DNA of 64,000 nucleotides, taken from the human T2T-CHM13v2.0 reference genome, Homo sapiens. Below, piece after piece: positions 43,163 to 59,116 of the stretch (position 1 is its first letter; each line of letters begins with the position of its first letter). The translations under genes and the position numbers were made by a program. The stretch covers positions 35,232,001 to 35,296,000 of the forward strand of contig CP068257.2 in assembly GCA_009914755.4 (NCBI GenBank). The letters run 5' to 3'. Below the pieces are notes generated by a model. The model was not told the DNA's origin, made no database searches, and saw only the letters and a program-made list of their open reading frames with translations.

Positions 43163-43260
43163 AGTCTCATCATGTTGCCCAGGCTGGTCTCAAACTCCAG
43201 GGCTTAAGCAATTCTCCTGCCTCAGCCTCCCAAAGTGCTGCAATTACAGGCATGAGCCAC
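43163..43260 (-). mobile_element. Alu fragment (left-arm portion), antisense
   Basis: tcatcatgttgcccaggctggtctcaaactccagggcttaagcaattctcctgcctcagcctcccaaagtgctgcaattacaggcatgagccac. Confidence 0.8.
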
Positions 43261-43276
43261 AAAAAAAGTATCCCAC

Positions 43277-43568
43277 TTTTTTTTGAGATGGGAGTCTTGT
43301 TCGGTCACCCAGGCTAGAGTGCAATGGCGCGATCTTGGCTCACTGCAACCTCTGCCTCCAAAGTTCAAGCAATTCTCCTGCCTCAGCCTCTTGAGTAGCT
43401 GGGATTACAGGAGTGCACCACAACTGCCTGGCTAATTTTTGTATTTTTAGTAGAGACAGGGTTTCACTATATTGGTCAGGCTGGTCTCGAACTCCTGACC
43501 TCAAGTGATCCACCCACCTCGGCCTCCCAAAATGCTGGGATTACAGGTGTGAGCCACCGCGCCTGGCC
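43277..43568 (-). mobile_element. Alu SINE, full length
   Basis: poly(T) then reverse-complement Alu …ggcctcccaaaatgctgggattacaggtgtgagccaccgcgcctggcc; approximate TSD (g)tatcc(c)a(a)c. Confidence 0.95.
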
Positions 43569-43706
43569 ATATCCAACATTTTTTATAAATATTCAGAAAC
43601 AGGAACAATTCCACACACAGTAAATTCTGTTACCTAGAATTCTACACACTGGTATAATACTAGTGTTTGACACTGTTCCAGTAACAACTCCAAAGCACTA
43701 AAACAA

Positions 43707-44024
43707 CAGTCCCCAACCTTTTTGGCACCAGGGTCCGGTTTTGTGGAAGACAGTTTGTCCATGGACAGGGGGTTTCGGGATGAAACTGCTCCACCTCAGA
43801 TCACGAGGCATTAGTCAGATTCTCATAAGGAGCACGCAATCTAGATCCCTCACATGCACAGTTCACAATAGGGTTTGAGCTCCTATGAGAATCTAATGCT
43901 GCCGCTGATCTGACAGGGGGCGGGGCTCAGCCAGTAATGCTCACTTGCACCACTCACCTACTGCTGCGCCGCCCCGTTCCTAACAGGCTGCAGACCACAG
44001 CCCGGGGGTCGGGGATCCCTGCAC
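43707..44024. mobile_element. Palindromic MITE-like DNA-transposon relic (family not identified)
   Basis: ~320-bp near-perfect palindrome: gattctcataaggagcacgcaatc…gagctcctatgagaatc; gatcacgaggcattag…ctaatgctgccgctgatc; ends cagtccccaacctttttggcaccagggtccgg … ccgggggtcggggatccctgcact. Confidence 0.5.
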
Positions 44025-44159
44025 TAAAAAATAATGTATGAGATTCGTGGATTTGTTTAAAGCACACAAAAGCAGCAACTGGAAGAGAACAGCTGCCAGT
44101 ACACATAACCTATTATTACTATCACAAATAGACTATGTTTCCATAAGTATAGCTCGTTA

Positions 44160-44530
44160 ACATGGTTTGGATTTGTGTTCCTGCCCAAATCTCATGTCAA
44201 ATTGTAATCAGTGTTGGAGGAGGGCCTGGTGGGAGGTGATTTGATCGTAGAGGTGGATATTCCCCTTGCTGTTCTCATGATAGTGAGTTCTCATGAGATC
44301 TGGTTGTTTAAAAGTGTGTGACACCACCCCCTTTGCTCTCTTCCTCCTGCTCCCATCATGTAGGACGTGCCTGCTTCCCCTTCACCTTCTGCAACGATTG
44401 TAAGTTTCCTGCGGCCTCCCCAGCCATGCTTCCTGTACAGCCTGCAGAACTGTGAGCCAATTAAACCTCTTTTCTTTGTAAACTACCCAGTCTCAGTTCT
44501 TTATAGCAATGCGAGAACGAACTGATACAC
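44160..44530 (+). mobile_element. MaLR solo LTR (MST/MLT-like; different subfamily from the LTR at 40073)
   Basis: catggtttggatttgtgttcctgcccaaatctcatgtcaaattgtaatc…gtgggaggtgatttgatc…gttctcatgagatctggttgtttaaaagtgtg…ccagccatgcttcctgtacagcctgcagaactgtgagccaattaaacctcttttctttgtaaactacccagtctcagttctttatagcaatgcgagaacgaactgatacac. Confidence 0.7.
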
Positions 44531-45221
44531 TCATGTAGGATCAAATATAGTTTTAGAAATATTTTAGTCTTATTCTTAGAATGTAACAGGCCATGTATTT
44601 TGTGCATCCATCTATCTCGTGGTCCCTCTGACATCAAGATGACCTCTTCAAATGTCTTCTCCTTAAAAAGGCAACTGCCTCCCCGCGCCAGGAATTTCTT
44701 CCCAGGTTCACTGACTCAGTAGGTTTCTGTGAGTAACCTCACTTCGTAGTGTTAGGAAGGAACCCTGGGAACAGCGGATGCAGGGCATCTGGTAAGCTAA
44801 GGCCGCCAACAACCATTCATCCAGTATCAGCTCTGCACCAAGCAAGGGATTCATAATTAATAATCAAACCAAACAAGAAGAGAAACAAAGATTCCTAAAC
44901 ACCCTCAGAAAGGCCAAAATATTTTTCCCCTTTGTAAAAGTAAAAACTCTTAACCCTATGGGAGGTTCCACCTCTAGTGTTGGCAAGCTCAGCTTCAATG
45001 TCTGTCAAACACTTTTACAGACCCAAGTTTCCTAAGGCAGAGGTTTTTTTTTTTTTAAGTTTAATATCAAAAGTGAACTTCCTGATATCCAAGAATATTA
45101 AGGCAATATATTTATACAGGTTCTTTTTTCACCCAAAAACACAGGCTGGACAGCGTGTGGTGAAGCCCAGCCCTCTGCGGATGTGCGGGAGCCTCAGCCT
45201 GTCCGCACTCTCAGGGCGTGT

Positions 45222-45285
45222 GCTGCCCTCTTGGTGACGCGCTGCCCTCTTGGTGACGCGCTGCCCTCTTGGTGACACGCTGCCT
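45222..45285. repeat. 19-bp minisatellite, 3 copies (GCTGCCCTCTTGGTGACGC)
   Basis: gctgccctcttggtgacgc gctgccctcttggtgacgc gctgccctcttggtgacac gctgcctggccac. Confidence 0.9.
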
Positions 45286-46265
45286 GGCCACGAGCTCCAG
45301 GACCACACTTCCAAGGTTCCCAGGTGGCAATGACACGAAATATTCTTCAGTATTCTCCACAGAAACAACAAAAATGGCCTGGAAGTACCCGTATTTTTCT
45401 ATCTGAACTTCACCTCCCCAAATCTTTTGTTCAATAACTTGTCTCATTTTTTTATTCAGAAAATGTAACTATCGCGAGTTACCCCTTCGATATAATGAAG
45501 TCTTCGCTTGAGTAACAAAGGATTATTACAGAGTTTGCAACAAGCAAGTGATGACTGTTCCATCTAAAAGAACAGGCTTTTTCCTTTTCTACTGGGAATC
45601 AATGGATGTCAGGGGTGAGGTGGAAACAGGAGAGTTAAGAAGCGCTGAAAAATGAAAGTACCTATGACATCACAAATTAACTCAGTACACAACAATTACT
45701 AATGAACACGGCTCACAGCTCCCCTCCCAGCCTGCCCCCATTGCTCTGATAATCCTCCCAAACAACTCTGCCAATGCCTCCTCTAATACAACACACATAC
45801 TAACACTGTCATTCTGATGACTCTAAGTGTGACAGTCAAGAAAATGCTAAAGTTGGCTCATCATTTTATATCCATATAGCATTAAATTCCAGAAACTATT
45901 ATCAAGAAAAAGGCCAAAATATTCCCATACATTGAATTATACATCTGTCTAATCATGTGGTCCCATGAGTGAAATGCCTAGAAACTATGAATCCAGTTAT
46001 TTTTGGAATATTTCACGCCTTAAATTTTAACACCGCACTGAGGGAAGGCACTTTTGTTATTCCCTCCCTCTATAACCAAATTTTTTAAACTAAAATAGTA
46101 TTAGTACTATTGGGGAGTTTTAAAAAATTCCTTTCATTTGTTTTCTATTTTTTTAATCTTTAATCAGAGTCTATGTAACAGAAGGAATCAAAAGGAAAAC
46201 CTGCAGTAAGAGTAAATTTCTAATATCCAAATGGGGTTATCAACTGCTTAAAAAAGGTATGGGGG

Positions 46266-46552
<287 letters not shown>

Positions 46553-47055
46553 TCAATCAATGAATAAATGTATTGGATAGCAATGTACCAAAAACACTTT
46601 TCAAAATACAAAGCTCTGACCTTTTTCAATTTACACAGCTTAGGTGTCATTCAAACTTCCTATTCAAATGCCCCTGAAAAACATCCTGTATTAAATGTCT
46701 AACACTGATTGTAACTGCACAAAAGAAGAATGATAACCTGAGCAATAATGCCACCGGTTAAACATCTTTTTTCATAATATTCGTTTATCAAAGAACATTC
46801 TGAGGGCCTGATTCAAAGAAGCAAGACACAAAGCACAACCACCTTCCATTCCCATAAAAAACAAACCTGTGATCAAAGAACTTCAATTTCCTTTCCCACG
46901 ATTTAACTCTTCTAGGACAAGAGTACTTCCACCTTGCTAATAGGTCTGGTCAAACGTATTCCTCTACAACTCTATCCCCTCCCCGTCTATTGGTAAGAGA
47001 GGATGATCAATGGAACAGGACTCCTCTGAGCAGATGCAGACCTGCTCACACCTTA

Positions 47056-47379
<324 letters not shown>

Positions 47380-48360
47380 TCATGGTAGCTTTTCCTTATA
47401 ATGCCATTTTGGTAATATGAGTACTTCCTAATTCATGACCAAGAAAAGCTAGATTAACATATTCCATACATCTAAACGATTAGACAATATGATAATCATA
47501 TACTTAGTATACTTATACTATAAAATAAGCTCTTCAGAAACCAGGATCCAAGAAAATCAGTTCAGTTCATGATTATACTTCCTATCTTACATCTTACATT
47601 CTCTCATGATTTTCAAGATTCCCCTCCAGTCCAGAGTTCATAAGTAGTTCTCCAGTCCTCCGTTCATTTTACGGAAAACTTTTATCTTTTTGCCCCACAA
47701 AGAAATTCATTATCCTATTTGCAAAAACAACAACAGAAAACCCTGGGTGAAAGAAGTCACAGAACACAAAGCACTCAAATACAAGAACACTCGGTCTCAG
47801 CCTCACATCTTAGAGAATCTCCGCTTCCTCTTGTAAAGACAAGGCAAGTTGATCACCAACAAAGAAGACAATAATCTTCACAAAGGGAAAGTGGGGTACC
47901 CCAAAGCTGCTTTCTGTTTGCCCCAAATGGAGGTACAAGGAGGAGAAGGAAGGCAAAACCTAGAAGAGACGTTGTCCAATCCAGGCACAGAGCTCTCTAC
48001 TCTATCCCCAAAACCACAAGGCTGGAGGAGGTTCCCCCACGCCAGACCTTAGAGGTCCCAGAGGCCTTCCTCCAGGGTGGTTTATCAGGAACTGAGGGCT
48101 GAGGGAAGTCATCATCTCAAGAGGCCTGTACAAAACTTACTAAGATCTCAGTAAACACAGATCCAGGCTCTTAGGCCATCCTCCTGCAAACACCAGGCCC
48201 TTTACGTCCCAAAGCTCCCTGTGGCTACAGAGTAGTGGCATCAGAGATGAAACTTAATTCAACTAATTTCAATTGATCAACCTTTAAAACTCACATCTAG
48301 TTTGCAGATAATACAGAGGAGAAGAGAACGAGTCAAATGACTTCAGAAGAAAGCATTCAG

Positions 48361-48681
<321 letters not shown>

Positions 48682-48974
48682 TCAGAAGAAATCCAGGGGA
48701 TAAAACATTTTACAGAACAGCCGGGCTGGAATCTTCAACTAGTCAATGTCACGGTGGAGATGGGGTGGGGACACAGAGGTGGAGAGGGAGACCCCGTCTA
48801 GATTAGAAGGGGCTTAAAAGACATAATGAAACACAATGGGTGGTTCTTTATTGGATCCCAACTTGAACAAACTAGCTGGAAAGGACAATTAGGAAATCTG
48901 AATGTGAACAGTATGCATTAGACAGCAAACTGGAATTACTGTCAGTTTTAATAGGTGTGACAAGGGTACTGTGG

Positions 48975-49267
48975 GGGCCAGGCGCAGTGGCTCACACCTG
49001 TAATCCCAGCACTTTGGGAGGCTGAGGCAGGCGAATTGCTTGAGCTCAAGAGTCTGAGACCAGCCTGGGCAACATGGTGAAACCCTGTCTCTCCTAAAAA
49101 TACAAAAATTAGCCGGGCATGGTGGCGTGCAACTGTAGTCCCAGATACTCAGGTGGCAGCGGTGGAAAGATTGCTTGAGCCCAAGAAGCAGAGGCTGCAG
49201 TGAGCCAAGATGGCGCCACTGCACTCCAGCCTGAGTGACAGAACCAAACCCTGTCTCAAGAAAAAAA
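48975..49267 (+). mobile_element. Alu SINE, full length
   Basis: gggccaggcgcagtggctcacacctgtaatcccagc…; TSD gtactgtgg at 48966-48974 and 49272-49280. Confidence 0.95.
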
Positions 49268-49538
49268 GGAAGTACTGTGGTGACATAGGAAAAGTCCTTA
49301 ATTTTTAAAAATGTATATACGTCATGAAATCTGTAAAATTTACCCCCAAAATACATAAAGTAAGGCAAAATGTTGATAATTATTCAACTATGTTGATAAT
49401 TATTAAATCTAGATGATGGGTATTTGGGGTATGTGTTACAGTATTCTCTCTATTCTTTTCCATGTTTGAGAACTGTCATAATTAAGAGTAAAAAAAAGTG
49501 GTGAAATAAACATAAGCTATTTAAAAATAATAAATTCA

Positions 49539-49882
<344 letters not shown>

Positions 49883-50005
49883 TCAACAAATGTTACGGGA
49901 TATCTCCCATATGGCAGGCAGTCTCACAGGCTCTGAGGACGGAGCAATGATCAAAGGGGTCAAAATTCCTGTCTTTGGAGGGTTAATGCTATAATGTGGG
50001 AGTCA

Positions 50006-50372
<367 letters not shown>

Positions 50373-51174
50373 TTAGAGAGTAACACGTACAAAGGAGGGA
50401 CAAGAAAGCACAGAAGAGAGGGAGGCCACTTCAGACCAGACAGATGGAGGACCTGCTAAGAAGGCAACGCTTAAGGAAAGGCCTGGAGCAAGTGAAGGAG
50501 GATGCTGGGACAAAATCCACAGAACTATGTTTTTATATTTATTTATAAAGGGATTCCAGCAAGTGCAGAGGCTCCCGGAGCAGGGAAAGAGCCTGATCAG
50601 GGCACAGCATTTGAGCAGAGTGAGCCTGGGCAGAAGGTGGAGTGCCGGGGCCAGAAAGGCAGAGGGGGTGGTGAGAGCCACCGTCCACATCGCGGAGGGC
50701 CTCAAAGGCCACAGTAAGGACGGGGCTTTCACTCGAGGAGCAACAGGGAGCCCCAGAAGGTTCTGGGGAAGGTCGTGGGATGTCCTACCTCTGTTGGAGC
50801 AGGATCACCCCACTCTGACTCCTGTGTTGAGAAGAGCCTGAAGGGGAACAAACAAGCAGAGAAACTAGTTATAAAGTCACCTAAATGAGCTAGGAGTGAG
50901 ACTACTGCCTGGACCAGCATGCAGCAGACATGGTGAGAAAGGATAGGATTCACAGTAGACTCTGAAGTACAGGCTACAAGATTTGCTAACAAGTCATATC
51001 TGAGATGTTAGAGAAAACAGGGGCTCAAAAAAGAGCCCAAGATTTCTGGCCTAAACATCTGGAAGGACAGATCTGCTGCTGGAAATACTATAGGAAGAGC
51101 AGGTTTGGAGAGGAAGAGGCAGGAGGTGAGCCCTGGGTGTGCTAAGCTTGAGATATCTATTAAAAATCCCACGG

Positions 51175-51562
<388 letters not shown>

Positions 51563-53977
51563 CTATGGGTGATCATTTAAAGCCAAGAAAGAGGATAAGA
51601 TCCATGAAAAGAGTGACTGTAGTTAAAAAGAGGATGCAAAGTAGGGCTGCTGTCACAAAGGACTACAAACCGGGTGGCTTGAGATGCCAGAAATCTATTC
51701 TTACAGTTTTGGAGGACAGAAGTCAAAAATGAACACGTCAACGGGGCCGTGCCTCCTGGGAAGGCTCTGGGGAAACTAGTGTTCACGCCTTTGCTTCTGG
51801 TGCCGCTGGCACTCCATGGTGCCCCTCGGCTTGTACACACATCACCCCCATCTCTGTGGCCATCATCACATGGCGTTCTCCTCTTTAAGTGTCCCGATTC
51901 TGTGTGTCCTCTAGTCTTCTGAGGACAGCAGTCGTACTGGATTAGGGATCCACCCTAATGACCTCATCTTCACTTGATTACATCTGCAAAGACCCAGCTT
52001 CCAAATAAGGTCATATTCACAGGCTCCAGGGCTGGGGCTTTCACATATCTTTTTGGGGGACACAACTCAACCAACAATAGCAGTCCATGCTTAGGTTTCA
52101 GGGAGATCAAAAAGAGTGTGCAAAAGAGATTGAGAAAGGGAGAGAAAAATCAAGTGTGTCTGTGGACAGCAGTGGGGGGCGGTGGTTGCGGGAGTCTCCT
52201 GACTCCAGTTTGGAAGGTTGGAAGACGATGACAGTGCCGTGGGGAGAGGGCTGAGAAGTCACCGCTGGCCTTGGTGCCACAGAGCCCAGACTCTGATGAG
52301 AGCAGTTTGAGAGGCGTGATGGAGGCCAAAGTCAGATGGGAGTAGTGAAAAGAGAAAAACTGCAGACTCCAGGATAAAACTCTGGCAAAGGGTCTCCTTT
52401 AAAGGGTAGAGAGGAATGGGGCAGTGGCTAGAGGGAGGAATGGGGTGAAAGCAGGTTTTGTTTGGTTTAGAGGGGAGAAACAGCAGCATTTTCAGATTGA
52501 TGTGAAAGGTCCCCTAGAGAAAAGAATCCAAAGGGCCAAGTGGGGTGGGACCTAGCACAGAAGCAGAAAGGTCAGCCTTGGGAGCAGAGACAGCTCACCC
52601 ATAGGGATGGGGGTGGCTCAGGTTCCCCTCTGCGGACACCTGGTCTTATGACCCCACTGGCTGCAGAACTCCCTTGGCCCTTGCCGGTTGCACAGCCATA
52701 CGGGACAGCCTGGTAACTGAAATTCGCTGCTCCCACCCTGCTCCACAGCTGCAGGGAGGTGGGAATCCTGGTGCTGGCAGCCGGTAGAAGTCATCTTATG
52801 ATTGCTTCTATGTTCTCAATAAATAGGAAGCAAGATCATCGGCTAAGAGAGAAAAGAAGGAAGGAGGTGTTGAAGTTTGGGGAGGGAGGAACGAACATGA
52901 CAACAGGGAGAATGAGAAGACGAATGCAGTGGGGAGAATCTTCTGAGCAGCGCCTTCCCCAGGGCAGCTGGAAGCATTTGAGCACCACGGAAGGTCAGCG
53001 ACTCTGAACTGAGAGTGAGAAGTCCGCATGATTTTGTGTTTTTATCCTGCCACAGTCAGCTATCCAGCCATGTGGGCTTAGCAGAGAGGAGGCAGTGAGC
53101 TGAAGGTGTACAGAAAGCAGTAACTGAGACTAACCGACCACAAATGAGACACTGCTGGAGACAGGAAGATAAATATGAGTGATCCTGTTGGGGAGGAGAG
53201 TGAGAGGAATGCCCCAGGACCAAAAAGCTTAGGTCAGCACCAGAGAGAGCTCCCAGAGAAGGCATGCAAAATAAGGGGTGATCCTGCTTGCAAAGAAACC
53301 AGAAAAGTTGTTGGAAGAGGTCAAGCTCAAATGAGCTACCAAAAGCTACATTTGGGTCCTATCACAGTACTAATTTTCGGTTTTCGGACTACAGAATACC
53401 AAGATATATTTCAAATGGATTATTCCCTGTTCATCATTCTTTCCTTGGTATATACTCTATTGGAAGAAGAAGAAGAAATGAATAAATAACATACAAAGGT
53501 GATCCCCAAACCTCAAATCTGGCCATTAGTTATAACCAACTCTGCCCCTAAAACTTTGGTCAATGCCCTTAAAGCATAAAATGCACAGATCTGAATTTCC
53601 ATCACTTTCCCCAGGGCAGCTGGATGTCACCAGGTCACCACACAGGCTAGAGATACATATAGGTGAATTAGGTTAAATCACAAAAACAGAAAGATAAAAC
53701 TATTATTTAACTCAAGCAGAGAGCTAAGAGGTTATTCATCAGATGATGGTAATACAAATATCCCATTCAAAGTCAATGAAAACCAGGATAAAATGAAAAA
53801 GAAACAACCAGCACTAAGTAGAACTTTCAGAACAGGAATAATGCAGGAATTATCCTCTAAAGTGAATCATCCAGATTGACTATGGTATACATCATTCATT
53901 TAAGAAACATGTATGGAGTACCCACGGTGTCTCAAACACAGTACCATGGTAGAAAGAGAAGAGGAAGGACAGATATT

Positions 53978-54350
53978 GCTATAGTTTGAATCTGTCCTCC
54001 AAATTTCATGTGTTGGAAACATAATCCCCCAATTATATGTTGATGGTACTTGGAGGTGGGGCCTTTGGGAAGAAATTGAGATTGAATGGGGTCATCAGGG
54101 TAGGGCACCTATGGTGGGATTGGTGGCTTTATAAGAAGAGAAAGAAAGACCTAAGCTGGCACACTCCTGCCCTCTCACCATGTGATTCCCTTCCCATGTT
54201 ATAATGCAGCAAGAAGGCCCTCACTAGATGCTGGCACCACACTCTTGGATTTTCCAGTCTCCAGAACCAAGAGCTAAATAAACGTCTATTCTTTCTAAAT
54301 TGCCCAATCTCAGGTATTCTGTTATAGCAACAGAAAACGGACTAAGAGAG
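53978..54350 (+). mobile_element. MaLR-type solo LTR (MLT1/MST-like)
   Basis: tgctatagtttgaatctgtcctccaaatttcatgtgttggaaacataatccccc…ggaggtggggcctttgggaag…ccagtctccagaaccaagagctaaataaacgtctattctttctaaattgcccaatctcaggtattctgttatagcaacagaaaacggactaagagag. Confidence 0.55.
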
Positions 54351-55953
54351 ATGCATACACATAACTACAAGACAAAAATTCACTCAAACTATTCAAACAT
54401 ACACTTCTCTTTGGCAAAGTAAGTCAACCTGACTTGCCAAATTTAATCATCTATTCTTATGTGCATGCAAGTTGAGAGCCATATTCTCAAGAAATTACAT
54501 CATCATTGTTATGTCTACTAATTACTAAAGTAACAATCTAAATTATTTGTTTTTGAAAGCAATACTTAGACACGTACAAATCTGCAAAATAAAACTGATA
54601 AAAGCAAGGCATGCAGGTTTTTTTCTTATACTTATTTTACATAATCTTTCAGGGCTTACTCAGAACCAAGTGAATTACTCAGAACAAAGAGAATCTAAAA
54701 GGTATCAAATGAAACCAGGGCCCTCTTATGAAACATAACTATATACCACCCATAATTCTCTTAAATATTTATATTCACTATAGTCAAATACATTTTAAGT
54801 ACCATAGGAAGCATTTAGCCTCCCCCAAAACTTTCTCCCCGCTCCACCATTAACCCTGGACAACATAAAAATTCTGAATAAAATTCTGGTTGTAAGAAAT
54901 ACCAAAATTACTATCTGTTTGATATAAATCTGCCTGGCATGTCTTCTCAAATGCACTCAAATTATGATTATGACTTGAGAGTTGCATATACAGCTGCTAA
55001 TAATACATGTAGGGAAAAGGAATTAATTCATGACTCTTGCCTAAACTCTCCTAATGACCATGCAATGTAAAAATGTTACTGAAGAAAAAAGGTTTGGATC
55101 ATAGACATCAAGACAAGTGGGCTGACATATAAGTAGCACTACCCACTCTGCAATACGCAAATGCACCTATTTCTTTGAACTCAACTATCAGAGGATAGCT
55201 AAAACGTCACTTCTATAGGGAGGATGTCTCTGACCCACAGCCGTTCACAAACTTTCGTAAACCCTTAGTTACTTTATAGCACTTATCACGACTATACATA
55301 ATTTGTATAAGTGCTTATTCAATGCCACACTGTCTTATTAGAATATAAGTTCCATAAAGATAATATACATATGTTCCTGTTTTGCTCCCAACGGTATCCA
55401 TGGAACCTAGGACAAAAGTGCATGCTTAATAAGCATTTACTGTATAAATGCACATTAAAACCTTACCAAGGAAAACTCTCCAAATAACAGATAGATAGGT
55501 AATCAAGAGGTAAAACTCAAAAAAGACAATGAGAGAGTATGGTCTTGAGATGGCTACGTAAGCATCAAAAATAATGCACAGTCTTTGAAATCATTACAGC
55601 TAGTTCTATTGACAACAAACAACCACTATCAGATTCCACTTCAAGGGGGTTTATAAAATTCTAATTAATGTTATTTTTCTAACATTTAATCTTCAAGAAT
55701 TTAGTATTTCTCTTCTTCTAGGATTTCAGGTTAATTAAATATGATTTGGGTGGAACCAACAGCTGAATGCTTTATAGTCACATAAATGTGGCCCTTTTAA
55801 ATCAGCCACAGCACCAGTCATTCTCAAGAAAGGTGAATATATTCTTTGTCTTTTATTGGGTCATGTTGCACAGGACATGAAAATCCAAAGGAATCTTAAA
55901 AAAAAAAATAGAACTAATAAGTGAGTTTAGCAAGGTTGTGGGATACAAGGTCA

Positions 55954-56335
<382 letters not shown>

Positions 56336-56402
56336 TTAATGGCATCAATAGATCTGAAATATTTAGGGACATATTTAACAAAATATGTGCCAGACCTGTT
56401 TA

Positions 56403-56747
<345 letters not shown>

Positions 56748-57110
56748 TAAAGAGGCTGTAAATAACTGAAAAGATACACCATGTTCATGGATCAGAAGAC
56801 TAACACTGTTAAGATGTCAATTCTTCAAATTAATCTATGGGTTCAATGTAATCCCAGTCAAAATCCCAGAAGGCTTTTTTTTTTTTTTTTTGTAGAAATT
56901 AACAAGCTGAAAATAGAAACTATTTTAAATGGTCAAAACAATTTTGGGAAGGAACAAAAAGTTGGAAAACCTACATTATCTGCTTTCAAGACTTACTATA
57001 AAGTTGCAGTATATCAAGACGGTGTGGTATTGGCACACAGAGATAGGTATAGATTACTGGCACAGAATAGGGTACAGAAATAGGGCCAAACATATAAGTG
57101 TGATTGATTT

Positions 57111-57228
57111 TTTTTAATTTTTTTGAGACAGCGTCTTGCGCTACCACCCAGTGGGGAGTGCAGTGGTGTGATTACAGCTCACTGCAGCCTCAAATTCCTG
57201 AGCTCAAGCCAACCTCCCACCTTGGCCT
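57111..57228 (-). mobile_element. Truncated Alu (right-arm 3' part + tail) with clean TSD
   Basis: poly(T) + gagacagcgtcttgcgctaccacccagtggggagtgcagtggtgtgattacagctcactgcagcctcaaattcctgagctcaagcc…; TSD tgattgattttt at 57101-57112 and 57232-57243. Confidence 0.85.
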
Positions 57229-57570
57229 GTTTGATTGATTTTTGACAACAGTGCCCAAGATAACTGACTTGAAAAATGATAATCTTTGCAATACATGGTG
57301 CTGAAACAAACATTCATATGCAAGAATATGAAACCTTGATCTCTATCTCACATGTATATAAAAATTAACTTGAAATAAATCATAGACCTAAATGTAAAAC
57401 TACAAACCTTCTAAAATAAAATACAGGAGAAAACCTTTCTGACTTTGGGTAGGTAAAGTTTTTTTCAGATGGAACAAAATAAGCATGAACCATAAAAGGA
57501 AAAAAGTGATAAGCTGGACTTTATAAAAATTAAGAATATTAACAACTGCTGTTCTTGAAGAGATAATGCT

Positions 57571-57874
57571 GGCCAGACATGGTAGCCCACACCTGTAATC
57601 CCAGAACTTTGGGAGGCTGAGGTGGGTGGATCACCTGAGGTCAGCAGTTTGAGACCAGCCTGGCCAACATGGTGAAACCCCATCTCTACTAAAAATACAA
57701 AAATTAGCCAGGCATGGTGGCATGAACCTGTAATCCCAGCTACTTAGGAGGCTGAGGCAGCAGAATTGCTTCAACCCAGGAGGCGGAGGTTGCAGTAAGT
57801 TGAGATCATGCGCACTCCAGCCTGGGCGACAGAGCGAGACTCCATCTCAAAAAAAAAGAGAGAGAAAGGGAAAG
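57571..57874 (+). mobile_element. Alu SINE with A/GA-rich tail
   Basis: ggccagacatggtagcccacacctgtaatcccagaactttgggaggctgagg…; 12-bp TSD agagataatgct at 57560-57571 and 57875-57886. Confidence 0.95.
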
Positions 57875-58182
57875 AGAGATAATGCTAAGAACAGTGAAAA
57901 GACAAACAACAAACTGGGAGAAATTATTCTCAATACTTATATCAGACAAAGGACTTGTATCCGGAATATAAAAAAGAAGTCTTAAAATTGTAAGAAAACA
58001 AACAATTCAACTTAAAGCCTGAGCAAAAGAGCTGAATAGACACTGCCCAAAAGAAAATATCGGATCGCCAATAAGCACATGAAGAAATGCTTGGCACCAT
58101 TTGGCAACAGGAAAATGCAAATTAAAACCACAATTAGATACCACTATACATCCACCTGAATGGTTAAAATTAAAAAACTATT

Positions 58183-58293
58183 TTAAGCCCAGGAATTTGG
58201 GCCTGCAATGAGCTGTGAGCACACCACTGCATTCTAGCCTGAACAACAGAGCAAGACCCTGTCTCCAAAAAAAAAGAAAAAGAAAAAAAAAAA
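58183..58293 (+). mobile_element. Alu 3' fragment
   Basis: ttaagcccaggaatttgggcctgcaatgagctgtgagcacaccactgcattctagcctgaacaacagagcaagaccctgtctcc + A-rich tail. Confidence 0.8.
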
Positions 58294-58299
58294 CATTCT

Positions 58300-58603
58300 G
58301 GCCGGCCACAGTGGCTCATATCTGTAATCCCAGCATTCTGGGAGGCTGAGGCAAGAGGATTGCTTGAGCCCAGGAATCTGAGACCAGCCTAAGCAACACA
58401 GTGACACCCAGTCTCTACAAAAAATAAAAAAACAAAACTAGTCAAGAGTGGTCGTACACACCTATATCCCAGCTATTCAGGAGGTTGAGGTGGCAGGATC
58501 ACTTGAGCCCAGGAATTCAAGGCTGCAGTGAGCCATGACTGTGCCACTGCACTGACAGCCTGGGCAACAGAGCAAGATCCTGTCTCTTAAAAAAAAAAAA
58601 AAA
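58300..58603 (+). mobile_element. Alu SINE (AluJ-like)
   Basis: ggccggccacagtggctcatatctgtaatcccagcattctgggaggctgaggcaagaggattgcttgagcccagg… + poly(A). Confidence 0.9.
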
Positions 58604-59116
58604 GAATCTGACACTTTACAATGGTTGGCAAAGATGTGGAGTAACTAGAACTCTCATGCCCTACTGGTGGGAATGTAAAATGGTACAATGGTTTTGAAAA
58701 ACAGTTGGCAGTTTCTTGTAAAGTTAAACACACACTTCTCATATGACCGAGAAATTCTACTCCTAGGTATTTACCCAAAAGAAATGAAAACACATGTCCA
58801 CACAAAGACCTGTATGTGGATGTTCATAGCAGCTTTACTCAAAACAGCCATAAATGACAGCATATCCATACAATGGAATACTACTCAGGAATAAAAAGTA
58901 ATGGGCTACCCACACATGCAATAAGGACAAGTCTCAAAAACATAACACTGATCAAAAAAAAGAAGGGTATCCAGTACACTATATGATTCCACTTAGATGA
59001 CGTTTCAGAAAAGGCCAATCTAATCATCTAGTGATAGACAGTATATCAGTGATCTCCTGAGGCTCCAGGCTTAGGGGTGGATGAGCGCATGAGAACTGAT
59101 TAAGAAAAGTAACAAA

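Noticed and set aside
40073-44530. Two same-orientation MaLR LTRs 3.7 kb apart; considered a full-length MaLR provirus
   Set aside because: The two LTRs belong to visibly different subfamilies (THE1/MST-like vs MST/MLT-like with the …catgcttcctgtacagcctgcagaactgtgagccaatt… insert), and the interval holds Alus and a palindromic DNA-transposon relic; more consistent with two solo LTRs
48889-49368. 159-aa minus-strand ORF
   Set aside because: Covers the Alu at 48975-49267 read antisense; repeat-derived
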